Origin: a virus
Length of the DNA stretch: 64,000 nucleotides
IMG/VR virus record: IMGVR_UViG_3300020045_004509
Coordinates: 1-64,000 of that record
Reading direction: 5' to 3' (one strand)
The translations under genes and the position numbers were made by a program. This document shows positions 10,407 through 23,600 of this stretch, in pieces (within the stretch, counting starts at the first letter, position 1; each line of letters begins with the position of its first letter). Under the pieces are notes generated by a model, which was given only the letters and a program-made list of their open reading frames with translations, was not told the origin of the DNA and did not search any database.

Positions 10407-13400
10407 TTCCAGATTATAGACAAGAATGGAAAGACCAAGGAAAACTATTTCTTTGCCCAAACAAATCTCATAATTTTACTATTGGTAAACTTGTAGCCCA
10501 AGTAACATGGGCATCTGATTGTTGGTCTGATGTGACTGCAACTGGTACTATGAATAATTATGGATTGTGCATCTGTTCAATCAATAATCTTAGCGGAACT
10601 AAGGGATGGAAAGTTATTATCTGGAAACTATCTATTCTGTTTGGAGTTTTGAAATGACGCAAATTTACATTGTGATGCAGGTAGTTGATCTTGGAGGAAC
10701 CCCAACTTCAGCTTATTATGACAAACCTGAAGCAGATTCCAAAGTAGTTGAATTGAATTCTTGGCATAAAACAACCAAAATTAAACAATTGATCAAAGGT
10801 GGGTACACTACCGAAGCAGCAGAAAAATGGTATGGGAATCGTGAGGAATTCTATATAGAAGAGATTGTTGTTCAGTAAATGTGTTATAATAAACTTATCT
10901 TAAACAAGACTTGAAATCAAGTCACAAAGGATTACTATGAAACTTATTGATGCTCTCCTGAACGTTGACAAATCAAAACAAAATTCGTCTTGCCCTGATA
11001 TAGAAGCATTTGCTTATGCAGCTAATGTGTCTGAGTATGATGTTGGTTATACCGAATTTGAAACTGGTCTAGTTGGTTACTGGGTATTTGTTCATTATTG
11101 CACTGATACATGGGTTGGGCTTCAAGCAGTTTATCTTCATGAGGAATTAGTTGGGTATACATATCAGACTGCCCGTAAAAATGATGTTGACTTGAAATTT
11201 ATTTCTGATGAAGCAGCAAAGAAAACCGTAGCATTTGTGCAAAGTTGTTGTGAAGTAAATGACTATTACATTATTGAAGAAAATCTTGATCAAGAAATTG
11301 ATGATTTGAGTTCTGTATATTATTCAAATCAACTTCTCGAAAAGTCTGGATTCTATGAAGGCAAACCATGTACATTGATCAATAAGCGGGTAGAACCAAC
11401 TAACTATATTTCAACTAAGATTCTTGTTCAATTTGAAGATGGTTCTGAACAAGTTATTGAAGCTGAAAATTTCAAATATCCCCTACGTTTAACCAAGGAT
11501 TCAAAATGAAACAATTCAAATTTTATCAAGACCAAGTTGGATATGATCGTGATGCTAAACCTCCAGAGATCACATACAAATATGCTGCATACAAGGATGG
11601 TAAAGCAGTAACATTTGAAACAAAATTATTGGCGTTATCATTTTCTAAAAACATTGAAATGATTTATGATCCTGAATCAAGAAAAGCTTTTGATGAGTAT
11701 TGGAAGAATCAAAAGAAACTTGAATCGAAAGCTGCTGATCTTTGGTATGATGATCTCAAAGAAGAATATTCTGATATGAAATTGGGAGTTTTTAATGTGT
11801 GTTATAATAAAGCATATGAACAATGTCATTCAGATGGATATGATTCAGTAGCATCTGCTATGGATGACCTTGTTGATTTTGCCAATGAAATTCTTGAAGA
11901 AATGGGGATACCAAAATGAAATCAACAATTACATTTGTCCATGGAATTAAAACATGTGCAGTCGAACCATCCAAGTTTTGCAGATGGGCAGGAGCAACAA
12001 ACTTTGGGTCGAATCCTGTTTGTATGCTATTTGAAAATGAACCCCTATTTGATAAAGATGGTTGGGTTATGCGATGCGAAAAATGTCTTAAAGAATTTGG
12101 AGAAAATGATGAATAGTTCAGAAACTACACTACCACTAAACAGGTATGAAACTAAATTCAAAGAAGCCCTGATCAATAATAAAACATTCAGTAAAAAAGT
12201 TTCGGATTCAATTAAAGAATGTTCAAATAAGTTAAATACAATCGAAAAGACTATTTCTTCCCTCGAAACTGCTGTTACAGCATTATCTGACCAAATTGTT
12301 ATAGATGCCCTTGAAAAACAAATTACATTAGAAAAACAAAAACATCAACAATTAGTAAATACCCAACAATCTGATTTGAAGAATTTAGATCGATATCGGA
12401 ACGAATTGAAATTTCTTCAGGGATTATGTCCTCATGTAAACTCAAAAGTACGTGGGCATGATTATCATCACAACTTTGATAATTACAGATGTGATCTTTG
12501 TTTGGGTGAATTTTAAATGAGTGATAAAGCAATAGGCACAAAATGTGTAATTTGTAACGAATGGCAGTTTTGGACATCATCTGGTCATGTGTGTAAAAAT
12601 GGTCATGGTGTAAACCATACCCTTGATCTTGCTGGTGATATTCCAACACATCTACCACAACTGTTGAACCAGTTAATTTATGGTGATTTTCTATCTGATA
12701 ATCCAGATGATCTAAACCTCGCATTACAAGCAAGGGAAGAATTATTTGAAATGTTCCCGATGCTAAGAGTCTCAAAAGGCACGTTTGAAGAACTTAGTCA
12801 ACAAATGAAATAAACGCAACTAAAGGAAATTATTATGTATGGGGATTTTTTTGTTTATCAAGAACACAGAATTCACGAAATGTCTGAGAGATTGGAAGAT
12901 TACATTCTGAACGAACCTCATGAATATTCAGATGAAACTATTGCGGAATTCAAGAAAGGATTAGAATATCTGAAACTTGCTTATGTTTATGCTCATAGAA
13001 TCGATTGCTTATATTCTGGTGATGATTCTGAAACAAGTTTTCATAAACGCCTGAAGGAAGATTTAACTTGTATTAGTTGTTGTTCAGAAATAAGTCAAAC
13101 TAAGTGCCATTCTTGTGGTAAAATTAGTCTTGTCCAAATTACAGAAAGCGCAAAATGAGTTCAATTAATGTAAACGGTGTTACATATTATTCAGAACCCC
13201 AAGTTTCAGAAAAGGAATCTGAACTTAAAGGTATCCTTGATGAGATCAAATGGCAATCTGATCGAATGGTAGAGAATGCCAAATCATGGTATTCTGATTA
13301 CAAAGAACAAGGATTGTCATTTGGTTCTATTGAAGCAGAAGGTTATCTTCGGGCAGCATTAGAAATGAATACTTGGCTTAAGGATGTGCTAAAATGACAT

Positions 13401-13782
13401 TAGACGAATATATCTATATTGAAAGATGCAAGTTGGTAGCATTTGTTCAATTTTGGGAAAAGATGAACAAGCATTTCCCTGACGAATATCCAATGAATTT
13501 AGATGATGATCAATGGCCTGACGAAGTTGATATATTCAAGGATCAATTATGATGACATTAGATGAAGTATTAGACGCTGCTTATATGAATCACAAGGCAT
13601 GGGAACAACTTTGGCTTGATGGGAAGACCGAATGGTATCCGGACAGTTTAGGTAGTCTTCATCATTCCGAAGAAAATCAGGAAAAGATTGACTTTCTTTA
13701 TAAAGACAAGCAACGTTATACGATTCATGTAGATACTGGGGTACATGCATATAAGATTGGACATAAGAAAGATTATGATTAA
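10403..13782 (+). other. Run of translationally coupled hypothetical ORFs (10403, 10654, 10937, 11506, 11916, ~12109, 12517, 12835, 13155, 13394, 13549)
   Basis: Consecutive + strand ORFs with ATGA overlaps and AAGGA SDs. Confidence 0.7.
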
Positions 13783-14062
13783 ACCTTGGATAAAGAGAAT
13801 AGAAGAACTGCGTAGTTCAAGAATCTATATTGAACCCGAAGATATTCAAAACGCCATACTAGATGAAATATCTGAACTACATCAAGAAATTAAGAATTTA
13901 CTTATGTCGAATTTAGATTGTGTAATTCAGTTTAATACATTGAAATCTGATTATGATTTACTAACTAAAGAAATTTCTGAATTAGAACGTGATTACGCGG
14001 ATCAAGTTTTGTTGAAAATTGAACTTCATGAAGAATTAGTTAAGACCAAAGCTAAAATGTAG
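13775..14062 (+). CDS. Coiled-coil hypothetical protein
   Basis: MIKPWIKR... heptad-rich; paralog at 14160. Confidence 0.7.
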   Translation: MIKPWIKRIEELRSSRIYIEPEDIQNAILDEISELHQEIKNLLMSNLDCVIQFNTLKSDYDLLTKEISELERDYADQVLLKIELHEELVKTKAKM

Positions 14063-14159
14063 ATTTTTCTGTCGAAACTAATAGGTTGGAAATCTATGAA
14101 ATACGGGTATGGTGATTACTCATGTTGGTTGGTTATGTACCAAAATTAAAGGAATTGAA

Positions 14160-14390
14160 ATGATTAAACCTTGGTCTAAACGTATGCCAGTTCGTTTAAC
14201 AAATAAACAACAAGCTTGATTTGAATATGTAATGATGACTTATATGCAGGAAGAAATTGACGAGCTTAGGGAAGAAAATAAAAATCTTCTTGCTGCTAAT
14301 CTTGATGGTATTAACAACTTCAATGCGCTAAAAGAAGATTATGAGAATCTTCAGAGTGAAAATGAATGTTTCAAGAATAAATACACTTGA
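14160..14390 (+). pseudogene. Paralog of 13775-14062 interrupted by in-frame TGA at 14217-14219
   Basis: MIKPWSKR...KQQA*FEY...EIDELREENKNLLAANLD..FNALKEDY aligns with EISELHQEIKNLLMSNLD..FNTLKSDY. Confidence 0.7.
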
Positions 14391-14435
14391 AGATGGTTTA
14401 ATTTCTAATATTACTATTAGAAATTACCTGATATT

Positions 14436-16592
14436 TTATACTGCTCCACTTTCCTGTACAATCCATACTGTGCCTGTATATATAACAGTACACCATTGTG
14501 ATGCACTTAAAGCTTTTATCCCAGCAACTGTTACACTAAATGCTCCGGTTGAGTTTACTGATCTCGTTACTTTCACAACATCCCCTGCCATTGGGTTTGT
14601 TGTATTGCATGTTACTGTTCGATTTGATGTAATAGGGGTGTTATACACTACATTAATTAGTGTTGCCCTTGTTGTTACGTAGCTAACATCTGCAAGATCA
14701 ACAAACTTGTCTGTGTCAATTTTGTAAGGTGAAGGTGCTATTGCAGGAAAGTATGTGTTCCCGGCAAATCCGCAAACAAAAGAAAATCCGGCAGAAGTAC
14801 CTCCCGTATTTTCAATTTTTATGCGTAGCTTACGAGAGCCTGCTGGATCACCCGGAGGTATAACCAAATCAGTTCTTGTTGAAAATGAGCTTATTGTGCC
14901 AGTTGCAACAGTTGAAATATATCCGAAACTGGAATCAAGAATATCAATAGTGACTATAACCGATGTCAACACAGAATACGAACTTAACAAAGACAAGTAT
15001 ACAGATTGAACATTTGGGATACCGGGACTAGCAACTGTTGCTTGTTGGTAGTAGTCTGTGTAATTAATCATTGATCCGCCAGCAGCCATTGTTACGCGGA
15101 ACCCCCCATAGTCGTTACCCATATTTGGTTTAGCCGTAGACACTCCAACTTTAACCCAATTATTACCGTAGTCTTCGCCCCACCCCCCAATTACTAAATT
15201 CTCTTTTTCACCCCATATGAACTCATTAACAATTACATTTTTAGCAGAAAAGAATTCCGAAGTGTTTGTATTTTCGATGTAATATAATCCAGAAGTTAAT
15301 GATTTTTGTACGTTCAAGTGGGTACAGTTGGTTGCTAGTATCTGGTTATTCTGGTTAACTAATGAAGATTGATAAACGGTTTCAATTGGGGCTGATCCAG
15401 TTACTTGACTAACACCACTAGCACCATAGGTTTTGACGTTGGTCATTGACACTTCGTTATTAACTGCCCCGGTATCAAAGTACACTAATGCAGGTGTCCT
15501 GGCACTAACTACCCCTCCATAAATCGCATTCCAAACCATCGGGGTAGCCCAACAGTTGGTAAACTGCAAACCAAATGGCTTTTTATTAGCTCGTAGGTTT
15601 AAGAATGTGTGACAAATATCTGCTGCACAGTTCACCGCAGAGATACTTGAACCAGTACCCCCAATGTCTATGAATATCTTTGATGCAAACGAAAAACAGT
15701 TATTTAGGTTGACTCCATCGTTATTAGCAAACGAGAAAACAATTGAGTTTTTAGCTAATTTAGTGGCGAAGTTAGTAAAATTACCTCCAACATTACTTAT
15801 TTCCCCTGTGCATGTATTTGGATTCAAGTGGATGTCCGTGAAGTAAATCAAGTCTAATGCCTTCTGTACTTCAAATGCTGTACCTGTGCAGCAACCAGTG
15901 ACCCGACTAACTCTAAGTTTTTCACAATTATTTGTACTAATAGAGTTTACTATTTGTGTACCACCAATATACACAATATCATCGATAACAGGTGCCCCGT
16001 ATGATGCACTTACTAAAAATGTAGGTGGAAAGACTACGAAAGGAGATAATCCATCAGGTTGGCCGCCATCAGCAGTAATACTATAATCTTGTGTAGGGTA
16101 ATAAATGACACATGAGCCAACGTAAGAATTTGCCGACAACACAAATTGTCCCACTGCACCCATAACAAATACTGTTCCAAAATTTCTTACATTATGGGAT
16201 GGATTGTTTTTAGAAACTGCATCAAATACACCCCCAACACCAAATATTTTCTGCCCCTCACCAACATTCACAGTACCATTAATAGCCCAAGACCCCTTTG
16301 GTATGAAAACATATTTTGATGTTGCTAATGCTGTATTGAGTTGTGCAGTAATATCCGTTGTTCCATCAGCAATAGCACCATATTTGAATACTGATCCTGA
16401 TTCATTATTAATATCATCCTGCGTCTGATAAGCATTTGCCCCAACAAGTGATGCACCAGAGGATGCTGCAAGATTCGCCAAACTTGCCTTTTCTACATCA
16501 ATTTCATTAATAGCCCCTTGAACAGTAGTAGAACTAATTGTTCCTGATGGTACATTTACTACTTGTTCAGCTTTTGGTTTCGTCATTGCCAT
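14436..16592 (-). CDS. Tailspike / beta-helix receptor-binding protein, paralog of 51842-54001
   Basis: VFKYGAIADGTTDITA motif; shared YYPTQxY...LSPxVVFPPTF block. Confidence 0.85.
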   Translation of the reverse strand: MAMTKPKAEQVVNVPSGTISSTTVQGAINEIDVEKASLANLAASSGASLVGANAYQTQDDINNESGSVFKYGAIADGTTDITAQLNTALATSKYVFIPKGSWAINGTVNVGEGQKIFGVGGVFDAVSKNNPSHNVRNFGTVFVMGAVGQFVLSANSYVGSCVIYYPTQDYSITADGGQPDGLSPFVVFPPTFLVSASYGAPVIDDIVYIGGTQIVNSISTNNCEKLRVSRVTGCCTGTAFEVQKALDLIYFTDIHLNPNTCTGEISNVGGNFTNFATKLAKNSIVFSFANNDGVNLNNCFSFASKIFIDIGGTGSSISAVNCAADICHTFLNLRANKKPFGLQFTNCWATPMVWNAIYGGVVSARTPALVYFDTGAVNNEVSMTNVKTYGASGVSQVTGSAPIETVYQSSLVNQNNQILATNCTHLNVQKSLTSGLYYIENTNTSEFFSAKNVIVNEFIWGEKENLVIGGWGEDYGNNWVKVGVSTAKPNMGNDYGGFRVTMAAGGSMINYTDYYQQATVASPGIPNVQSVYLSLLSSYSVLTSVIVTIDILDSSFGYISTVATGTISSFSTRTDLVIPPGDPAGSRKLRIKIENTGGTSAGFSFVCGFAGNTYFPAIAPSPYKIDTDKFVDLADVSYVTTRATLINVVYNTPITSNRTVTCNTTNPMAGDVVKVTRSVNSTGAFSVTVAGIKALSASQWCTVIYTGTVWIVQESGAV

Positions 16593-16670
16593 GTTTAAAA
16601 TTCCTTGGTTTCTATCAGTTATTTAGTGCAACTTAGTGTTATAATATTATTTAATACAAAGGAAACCATC
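16593..16670. promoter_or_regulatory. Back-to-back late/early promoter cassette, copy 2
   Basis: TATTTAG 16620-16626 followed by tgcaacttagtgttataat, near-identical to 7174-7245. Confidence 0.7.
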
Positions 16671-18639
16671 ATGACACCTCTATTCGTAAAATATTCTCAT
16701 TCCATAATTTTAGAAGAACATTCAACTGATCCATATGGCCCTTGGTATGTAGATTATGACTTTGAAGTTAAATCAGTTCATCTTTTTGACCCCGATTATC
16801 CATATGAAGAACTTGGAACTGTTCTTGATCTGAAAATTGGTGATCCAGTCTATGTTCTTTACATGATCTATTCATCGGGGGACTCATTTGGATCATCTTC
16901 GGGTAATGGAGAAATTCTTTGGACATTCGCAAATCATGATGCTGCAATGTTGGCTTTGGAATGTATCAAAGAAAAAGATTCTGAATGGAATCTTGAATTT
17001 CTTGATGATGCAGGAACAATAATTAAAATGTCGAATCCAGCAGCAGGATATTTTGAAAATTTGAATTCGGTTAACATCTTTACAACGAAAGTGCAAGCAT
17101 GACTATTAGCAACAAACTTGCTGATCTCAATCGATCACGTCGCAATCTACGGTCAGCAATTCTTACAAAGATGAAAACAAATCCAACAATGGAAGATTCA
17201 GAAACTCTTCGGTTGGTCGAAAACGATATTTCATTTTGGGAAAATCAACTGGACTATTCAGTATCTGGTTTGGTAACCACATTAAAAAATAGTTTAAAGA
17301 TTGGATAGTAATATGAACAAAACAATCGGATTAGGCTCAGGAAATACCATTGATCTTTGGGTTGAAGTTCTCAAAGAAACATCTGATCAAGTTGATTTTC
17401 GTGTAATCAATGGCGATTGGTATGGGCATTATACACATTATGGGGTTCTTACTTGTTATGCTCCATCTGGAAATACTACCCATAAAATAGAAAAATATTT
17501 CATGAAAGAAATCCCAAACTTTAGTCATAGAAATTATAACGAAGCAATTGCTTGGATGAACGGGAAAGTTTTTGATATTGACCCATTCTTAACTAAACCA
17601 AAAAATTATCAAACAAATTTTGATAATTGGGATGACAACATTGCATTTTAGTGTTTTTAGTGTTATAATTACTTATCCAAACAACAAAGGAATTTCATCA
17701 TGATAGACAATCAAGAACTTCTAATCAAACTTGCTAAACATCTTGGATACAAAGTAATCTCTATCCAGAACGGTAAACTTAACTGTTCTAAGGATTCAAA
17801 GAAAACATTCCATTGGAATCCTCTTGTTGATGATGGTGATCTGTTTAGAACCATCATCAAGTTTCCATCTGAATATTACATCAGTAGTATGCAACAGGGA
17901 AATCTTGCAATTGTTCAGTCTCTTGTTAAAAATATCAAGTAACGCCATGACAACAAAGACTAAAACTAAATCAGTAATCTTTTTCGCTTTTGTCTTAGGC
18001 AGTCTTCTTAGTTTCGATAACTATTTTGCTTCTTTTATAGCAGTAACGGGGATTACTATGCTTGGGGTTTGGCACGACGAAATCTTTAAGGATTCAAAAT
18101 GAATGATTTTTCATATCTGATTTCCTTATGCCAACTTCAAAATGTTCCATATTCTATTCAAGACAATCAGTTTCGATTTGGAACAGGAACTATCATGATC
18201 CCTTATACAACAAAACTTACCTCAGAAGATTTTAAGAAGAAAGCAGTTGCTTCAATGTTTTCACCTAAGGATTCAAAATGAACTTCATCAAAGAATACAA
18301 ATTCTTCATAGTCTTATTCTGGATTCTTATTGGGTTGTTTTCTGGTATGTATGTCCGTCATATTGAAATCAAAACCAATACTCAAGCAAAAATTGCCAAG
18401 TGTGAAGCAGCAGGATACATTTGGCTCATTCAAGAAGGTAAATGTATTATGATCAAGGAATATAAATGACCAACTATCTGATTATTTTTAAGATGATTGA
18501 TTGGTATTCTGATGAAATCCAATGTGAACAAAGAACCATTGTTGAAGCAGATACTAAAGAGTTAGCAGTTCAACAATTTGACAATAGCATGGATGAAGAA
18601 GCATATCAAATTTTAGATGTAATGGTAATTATGTTATAA
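16671..18639 (+). other. Cluster of small hypothetical ORFs (16671-17102, 17099, ~17313, 17700, ~17947, 18099, 18278, 18466-18639), some with TM segments
   Basis: ORF track plus hand translation; SDs and overlaps. Confidence 0.7.
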
Positions 18640-18669
18640 TAACTTATCTTAAACAACAAAGGAATATAA

Positions 18670-19272
18670 ATGACCACTAAAACTTGGATTACATCTGATT
18701 GTCACCTTAACCATCGACAAATTTTGAAGTATTGCCCTCATAGGATTGATGCTTCATTTACTGGTGATATCAATACAGCTTCAGAAGAAGAAATTGATCA
18801 TCTTGTTCAACTCATGAACGAACGGATTATTTCTAACTGGAATTCAAAAGTTAATCCAAATGATATCGTGTGGATCATTGGTGATGTGGCTATGGGGCGT
18901 ATTATCAATGCTCCACCTTTGATCCGTAGACTCAATGGTATCAAGAATCTTGTAAAGGGTAACCACGATAAAACATTGTGCAAACTTCCAGAAGTAAATG
19001 AATTGTTTGCAAACATTTATGATTACAAAGAAATTTCTCATAAAGTTGATGGACAAAAGCACATGATCAATTTGAGTCATTATCCTATTGCTTGTTGGAA
19101 TGGTATGAATCAAGGGACGCTCCATCTCTTCGGGCATCGCCACGGAACACCTCATGGTCTTACTGGTCGTTTGATGGATATTGGTATGGATACTAACAAC
19201 TTGTTCCCATATGATCTTGATGATGTAGTACGTGAACTGCTTAAAATTGAACTTATTCGGAGTCATCACTAA
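18670..19272 (+). CDS. Calcineurin-like phosphoesterase
   Basis: SDCHLNH, IGDVA, GNHD, LSHYP, FGHRH. Confidence 0.88.
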   Translation: MTTKTWITSDCHLNHRQILKYCPHRIDASFTGDINTASEEEIDHLVQLMNERIISNWNSKVNPNDIVWIIGDVAMGRIINAPPLIRRLNGIKNLVKGNHDKTLCKLPEVNELFANIYDYKEISHKVDGQKHMINLSHYPIACWNGMNQGTLHLFGHRHGTPHGLTGRLMDIGMDTNNLFPYDLDDVVRELLKIELIRSHH

Positions 19273-19522
19273 TGAAGTACGAAGATATGAGCCAGGGAAT
19301 GTTGATTGATATTATTCAATCACAAGAGCGTCAAATTGCAGAACTTAATTTGCAAACTGAAACTGCATGGGCACGATATAAAATGTCTAATGCTATGTTT
19401 CTTGAAGAAAATCTGAAAGTCGAAGCCGTGAATAAAAATGGTTGGATGAATAATTTATCATTGCCTGAAATACGGAATACAATTAATTCAATGTTACAAT
19501 AAGGCATCTTAAAGGAACTAAA

Positions 19523-20032
19523 ATGACCATGATCTTAAAAGCTATTCAATTTGCCAAGCAAAAACACCATGGACAAATTCGTAAGGGTTCCGGAGAAGAA
19601 TATATCACTCATCCGGTTGCGGTTTCTTATATTTTGGCTTCATATAAGAAGTCTAAGAAACTTGAAGAACTTTTAGTTGCTGCTTGTTGCCATGATTTAT
19701 TGGAAGATACTCAAACAACGTTTATTGAATTAGTTCAGGAATTTTCTCCGTTGGTTGCATCATTGGTTTATGAACTGACTAATGATACAGATGCTATTGC
19801 TAAAATTGGTAAACTTGAATATCACAAAAAGAAACTACTAGGTATTTCTAACTATGGATTGTTGATCAAATTAGCAGATCGGTTGCATAATATTTCAGAT
19901 CAACCAAGTGAGAAAATAGTAGCTGATACTATTATTCTAATGGAATGCTTGAAAGAAAATCGTAAACTAACTAAAACACAACTGCTATTAGTTACAGATA
20001 TTTTAATTGAGTGTAAAAACAATGAACATTGA
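19523..20032 (+). CDS. HD-domain hydrolase of the RelA/SpoT (small alarmone hydrolase / Mesh1-like) type
   Basis: FAKQKHHGQIRKGSGEEYITHP, HDLLEDT, KLADRLHN. Confidence 0.85.
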   Translation: MTMILKAIQFAKQKHHGQIRKGSGEEYITHPVAVSYILASYKKSKKLEELLVAACCHDLLEDTQTTFIELVQEFSPLVASLVYELTNDTDAIAKIGKLEYHKKKLLGISNYGLLIKLADRLHNISDQPSEKIVADTIILMECLKENRKLTKTQLLLVTDILIECKNNEH

Positions 20033-20633
20033 CCAAATTTACCTTCTTGCATCAGATGCAGGAAAATATTATTATCTTCCAAAAAGGTTCTATCACACAA
20101 TTGAACATGCAAAAACAGTAGCAGAAAATACTATTCTAATCAATGGTAGTTTTGATTCAGCTTTATACATCGCGGGGCGATTCCACGATGCAGTTTATGT
20201 TCCAAGCTCATTTGGTGATTCTAACGAACAGTGTTCTGCTGCGTTGATGATGTATGAATCCAAGAAGTATAGTATCGATTCGGGTATTATTTCTGATGCA
20301 TATCAGTTGATTAATCGCACTTCTATTAGGAATCATTTAAGCACAAACAACAGCTTTTGTGGTTGCGATGAATTTAACAATAAAGTTGCAACTATTCTTG
20401 ATGCTGATCTTTCTTCTTTAGCAAACTCATTTGTAAAATTCAAGAACCAACAAGACTTGATCATTCGAGAAAACTTAGGAAATATTGAAACTGATCGTCC
20501 GAAATGTGCAGACTTTCTTCGGGACTTAGCAAATTGCAGGAAGTTCATTTATCATACACCTTATGGTCAAGAACATTGGGAAGCAAAAGCTCGACAAAAT
20601 ATTTCTGATTACGTTAAACTTGTGCTAAAATAA
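20022..20633 (+). CDS. HD-superfamily metal-dependent phosphohydrolase (COG4339-like)
   Basis: RFYHTIEH, FHDAVY, NEQCSA, LDADLSSL. Confidence 0.8.
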   Translation: MNIDQIYLLASDAGKYYYLPKRFYHTIEHAKTVAENTILINGSFDSALYIAGRFHDAVYVPSSFGDSNEQCSAALMMYESKKYSIDSGIISDAYQLINRTSIRNHLSTNNSFCGCDEFNNKVATILDADLSSLANSFVKFKNQQDLIIRENLGNIETDRPKCADFLRDLANCRKFIYHTPYGQEHWEAKARQNISDYVKLVLK

Positions 20634-20659
20634 TCTATCTTAACAACAAAGGAACTAAA

Positions 20660-23600
20660 ATGAAACTTGTATATCAAGCGTTTGATGGAACTACATTTGA
20701 TACTGAAGAAGATTGTCTTTATCATGAAAAAGACTCAGGGTTGGCTAAATTGATTTCTGCAAATATTGGGTTCAAATGGAATGATGCAGCGTACATTAGA
20801 ACTATAGAAGAACCCAATGTTCAAACATTCATTGTGAATCACTTTGAAGAAATTGCTGAATGCCTTGGTTATGATACTTTTAAAAGGAACTAAAATGAAT
20901 CAAGATGAATGGGATGAATTTCGTAAAACATACCAATTTGAACTAACTAAGTTGGTTTACTATTATGCTAAAGAAGGCATGGATGGTCCATATGAATTCA
21001 ATGTTAGTATTAATGATGAAGGTGGTTGGTATATGTTTACTACTGGTTCTGAAAAGCAATATGGATTGCCGTTCAGTCTTTCTTTATCGCCATTTGAACC
21101 GGATTGGACTAAATTTCAACATTTGAAAAAGACGATGGTAAAGTATCTCGAAGAACAAGATAAAGCTGCTAAGAAAGCTGCTCTTCGTAAAGTAGTTCTT
21201 GAAAAACTTACCAAAGAAGAACGGGAAGCCCTTGGAATCAATTTTGTATGAAGTATCTTAAAACATTTTGGAATTACCCTTGGAAGGTTAAACTTGCAAT
21301 TGGTGTTTTGGCTTCAATTGCAACATTGACGTTTTATTTGATTGTCACTTTAGCCCCAGTTATTTTAGTCCTTGGATCATTAGTATTACTTCCATGTTGG
21401 GCAATTTGGACTCTTCTGGATTATTTTGAATGATATGAATGATAAATATGCTCCGGATTTCGGATATGCTATATTTGAACGTGAAGCAAGAATGAATGCT
21501 TTACCAAATAAGGTTATAATGGGACCGTATCGTACAGAAACATTAGCTGAAGAAGCCAAATTGAGATATGGATTTACATTCAACCACTATGTATCTAAGA
21601 TTGCCCCTGATAGGGTGTCACCAATGGAATTAAAATGACCAAGAATAAACTTATTGCTCTTCTTCAAAACATAAAAGGCAATCCAGAAATTGTCCTTTGG
21701 AATGGTATGGTTGGGGATTGGATGGGTATTGATAAGTTGACCCCCGGTGAACTAACTAAGCAAACAGAAGAATACTGGATCAAGTCTGTTGAATTTGAAC
21801 ACAAACGGGATATGAATGATTGGAATGCTAAACTGTCAGAACAAGAAGTCGCTCAACTCAAGAAGCAATACAAGGGTCATGATTGGAACACTCCTGACTA
21901 TGTAACCCAAGAAGATATTGATCAAAAACGATACAAGACTAAGAGAGTTGTTTATATTGAACCTAAGAAAAGAAATGTAGATACGTTTGATCGATTTGGG
22001 TCTATTAGTTATTAATGTTATAATAACTTATCTTAAACAAAGGAACTAATCATGAATAAATTTGAAGCTTCTATCGATCTTACTATATATGCTGATGCCG
22101 AATACAAATATATGGTTCACTCCGGAGATGCGATTTCTATTGCATATGTGGAAAGATCAACTACCCGCAAAGTAGAGCTATCATTTGGCTCTATGGAAGA
22201 AATGGAAGCCGTTGCTATTGCAATGCTTAAAGTAGTTAAAATGACCAAGGAATGATCATGGCAATGACCAAACATGAATATCTAAAACTTGTAAATTCAC
22301 TAACTGATATTCAGCCTTACATCAATTGTATCGATGAACAATTACGAAACCGTGCCCTTTCTGGTTTTGAAAAGAACATCACTGTGATCATTGATGGAAA
22401 TCTTTCTCAAGAAATTATCGATTCAATTTCTAAAACTTATTACGATTGGCAAGTGCTCTTTTGTTATGCTAAGGGCAAAACTATTTTTACTTTTAATCTA
22501 TGAACGACTTACTATCAGACTTGGCTAAGAAAGCTGGAATTAACTTATCAGGTGCTCAGTTTTCTGGAGTGCTTGAAGCAGAAGTTTCTGAATTTGATCT
22601 TGAAGCATTTGCAAAATTGATTGTTCAAGAATGTTTTAAATCTGCTATGATAGAATTTAAAGGACACATACATCCACAAGTTTTATTGGATTCAATGTAT
22701 AAACGACTTGAGATTGACAATGAACCCTAACCATTATTGGGCATTTTGTGACCACTGTGATACAGCCGTTGTTATTTGTGGTACATGTGGTAATAATTGC
22801 TGCAATGGTGGCTATGGTGAAGTAATGGGTTCAGAACCACATACTACAATGGTATGTCCTGATTGTCCATCTGCTTATGAACTACAAGACAAAGGTAAGG
22901 AACTAAATGAGAAAAATAGCTAAAGAATCAAGGGAACGTATTATTCCTGAACTTTCAGAAGAGCGAAAACAAAAACTTGCTGAATGGGATGAAATTTATC
23001 AAACCCAAATGAAAGCTCTTAGGGGAAATCCTATTAGAGAACTTGCTATTTCTTCGGGTGTTTACGATTGCATTACTGATCCATATGACAAACTTGACAA
23101 TGGGGATCATTATTCTTCGGTTATGCCTGATCTTGAACGGTTTGCAAACCTAATTTTGGATGAATGTATGGAAGTTATGCGATTGGTTCCATATGCGTGC
23201 GATGCCCAATTTGGGGAAGAAATAAAATATCAAGAAGCTATCAGAAAACAATTTGCCCTTTAAAGCGTGTTATAATAACTTATCTTAAACAAACAAAGGA
23301 TATTAAATGTACGCAGAAATTACTAATCGTGATGAAACTGGTAACCCATCTCATGTATACACAGATGCCGGATTTTGTATGACATCACGCCCATATAATG
23401 AAGACAACGATGTCTGGATTGAGGATCAACTAGATCCAAGTAAATTTTTGGCAATTCGAGTTGGTCGAGATACTGAATATCTTGTTGCGATGGTCAACAA
23501 ACTTAAACGTGAAAATTTTCACCTTAAAGGTGAATTGAAAATGTGGATGAAGGCAAGTGGATTTTAATAATAACTTATCTTAAACAAAGGAATTAAAATG

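Noticed and set aside
11796-11812. GTGTGTTATAATAAAGC inside ORF 11506
   Set aside because: Has the extended -10 but lacks the spacer and SD; may be an internal promoter but was not counted in the family.
14217-14219. Genome-wide stop-codon reassignment
   Set aside because: TGA, TAG and TAA all terminate clear genes, and long genes are intact in the standard code.
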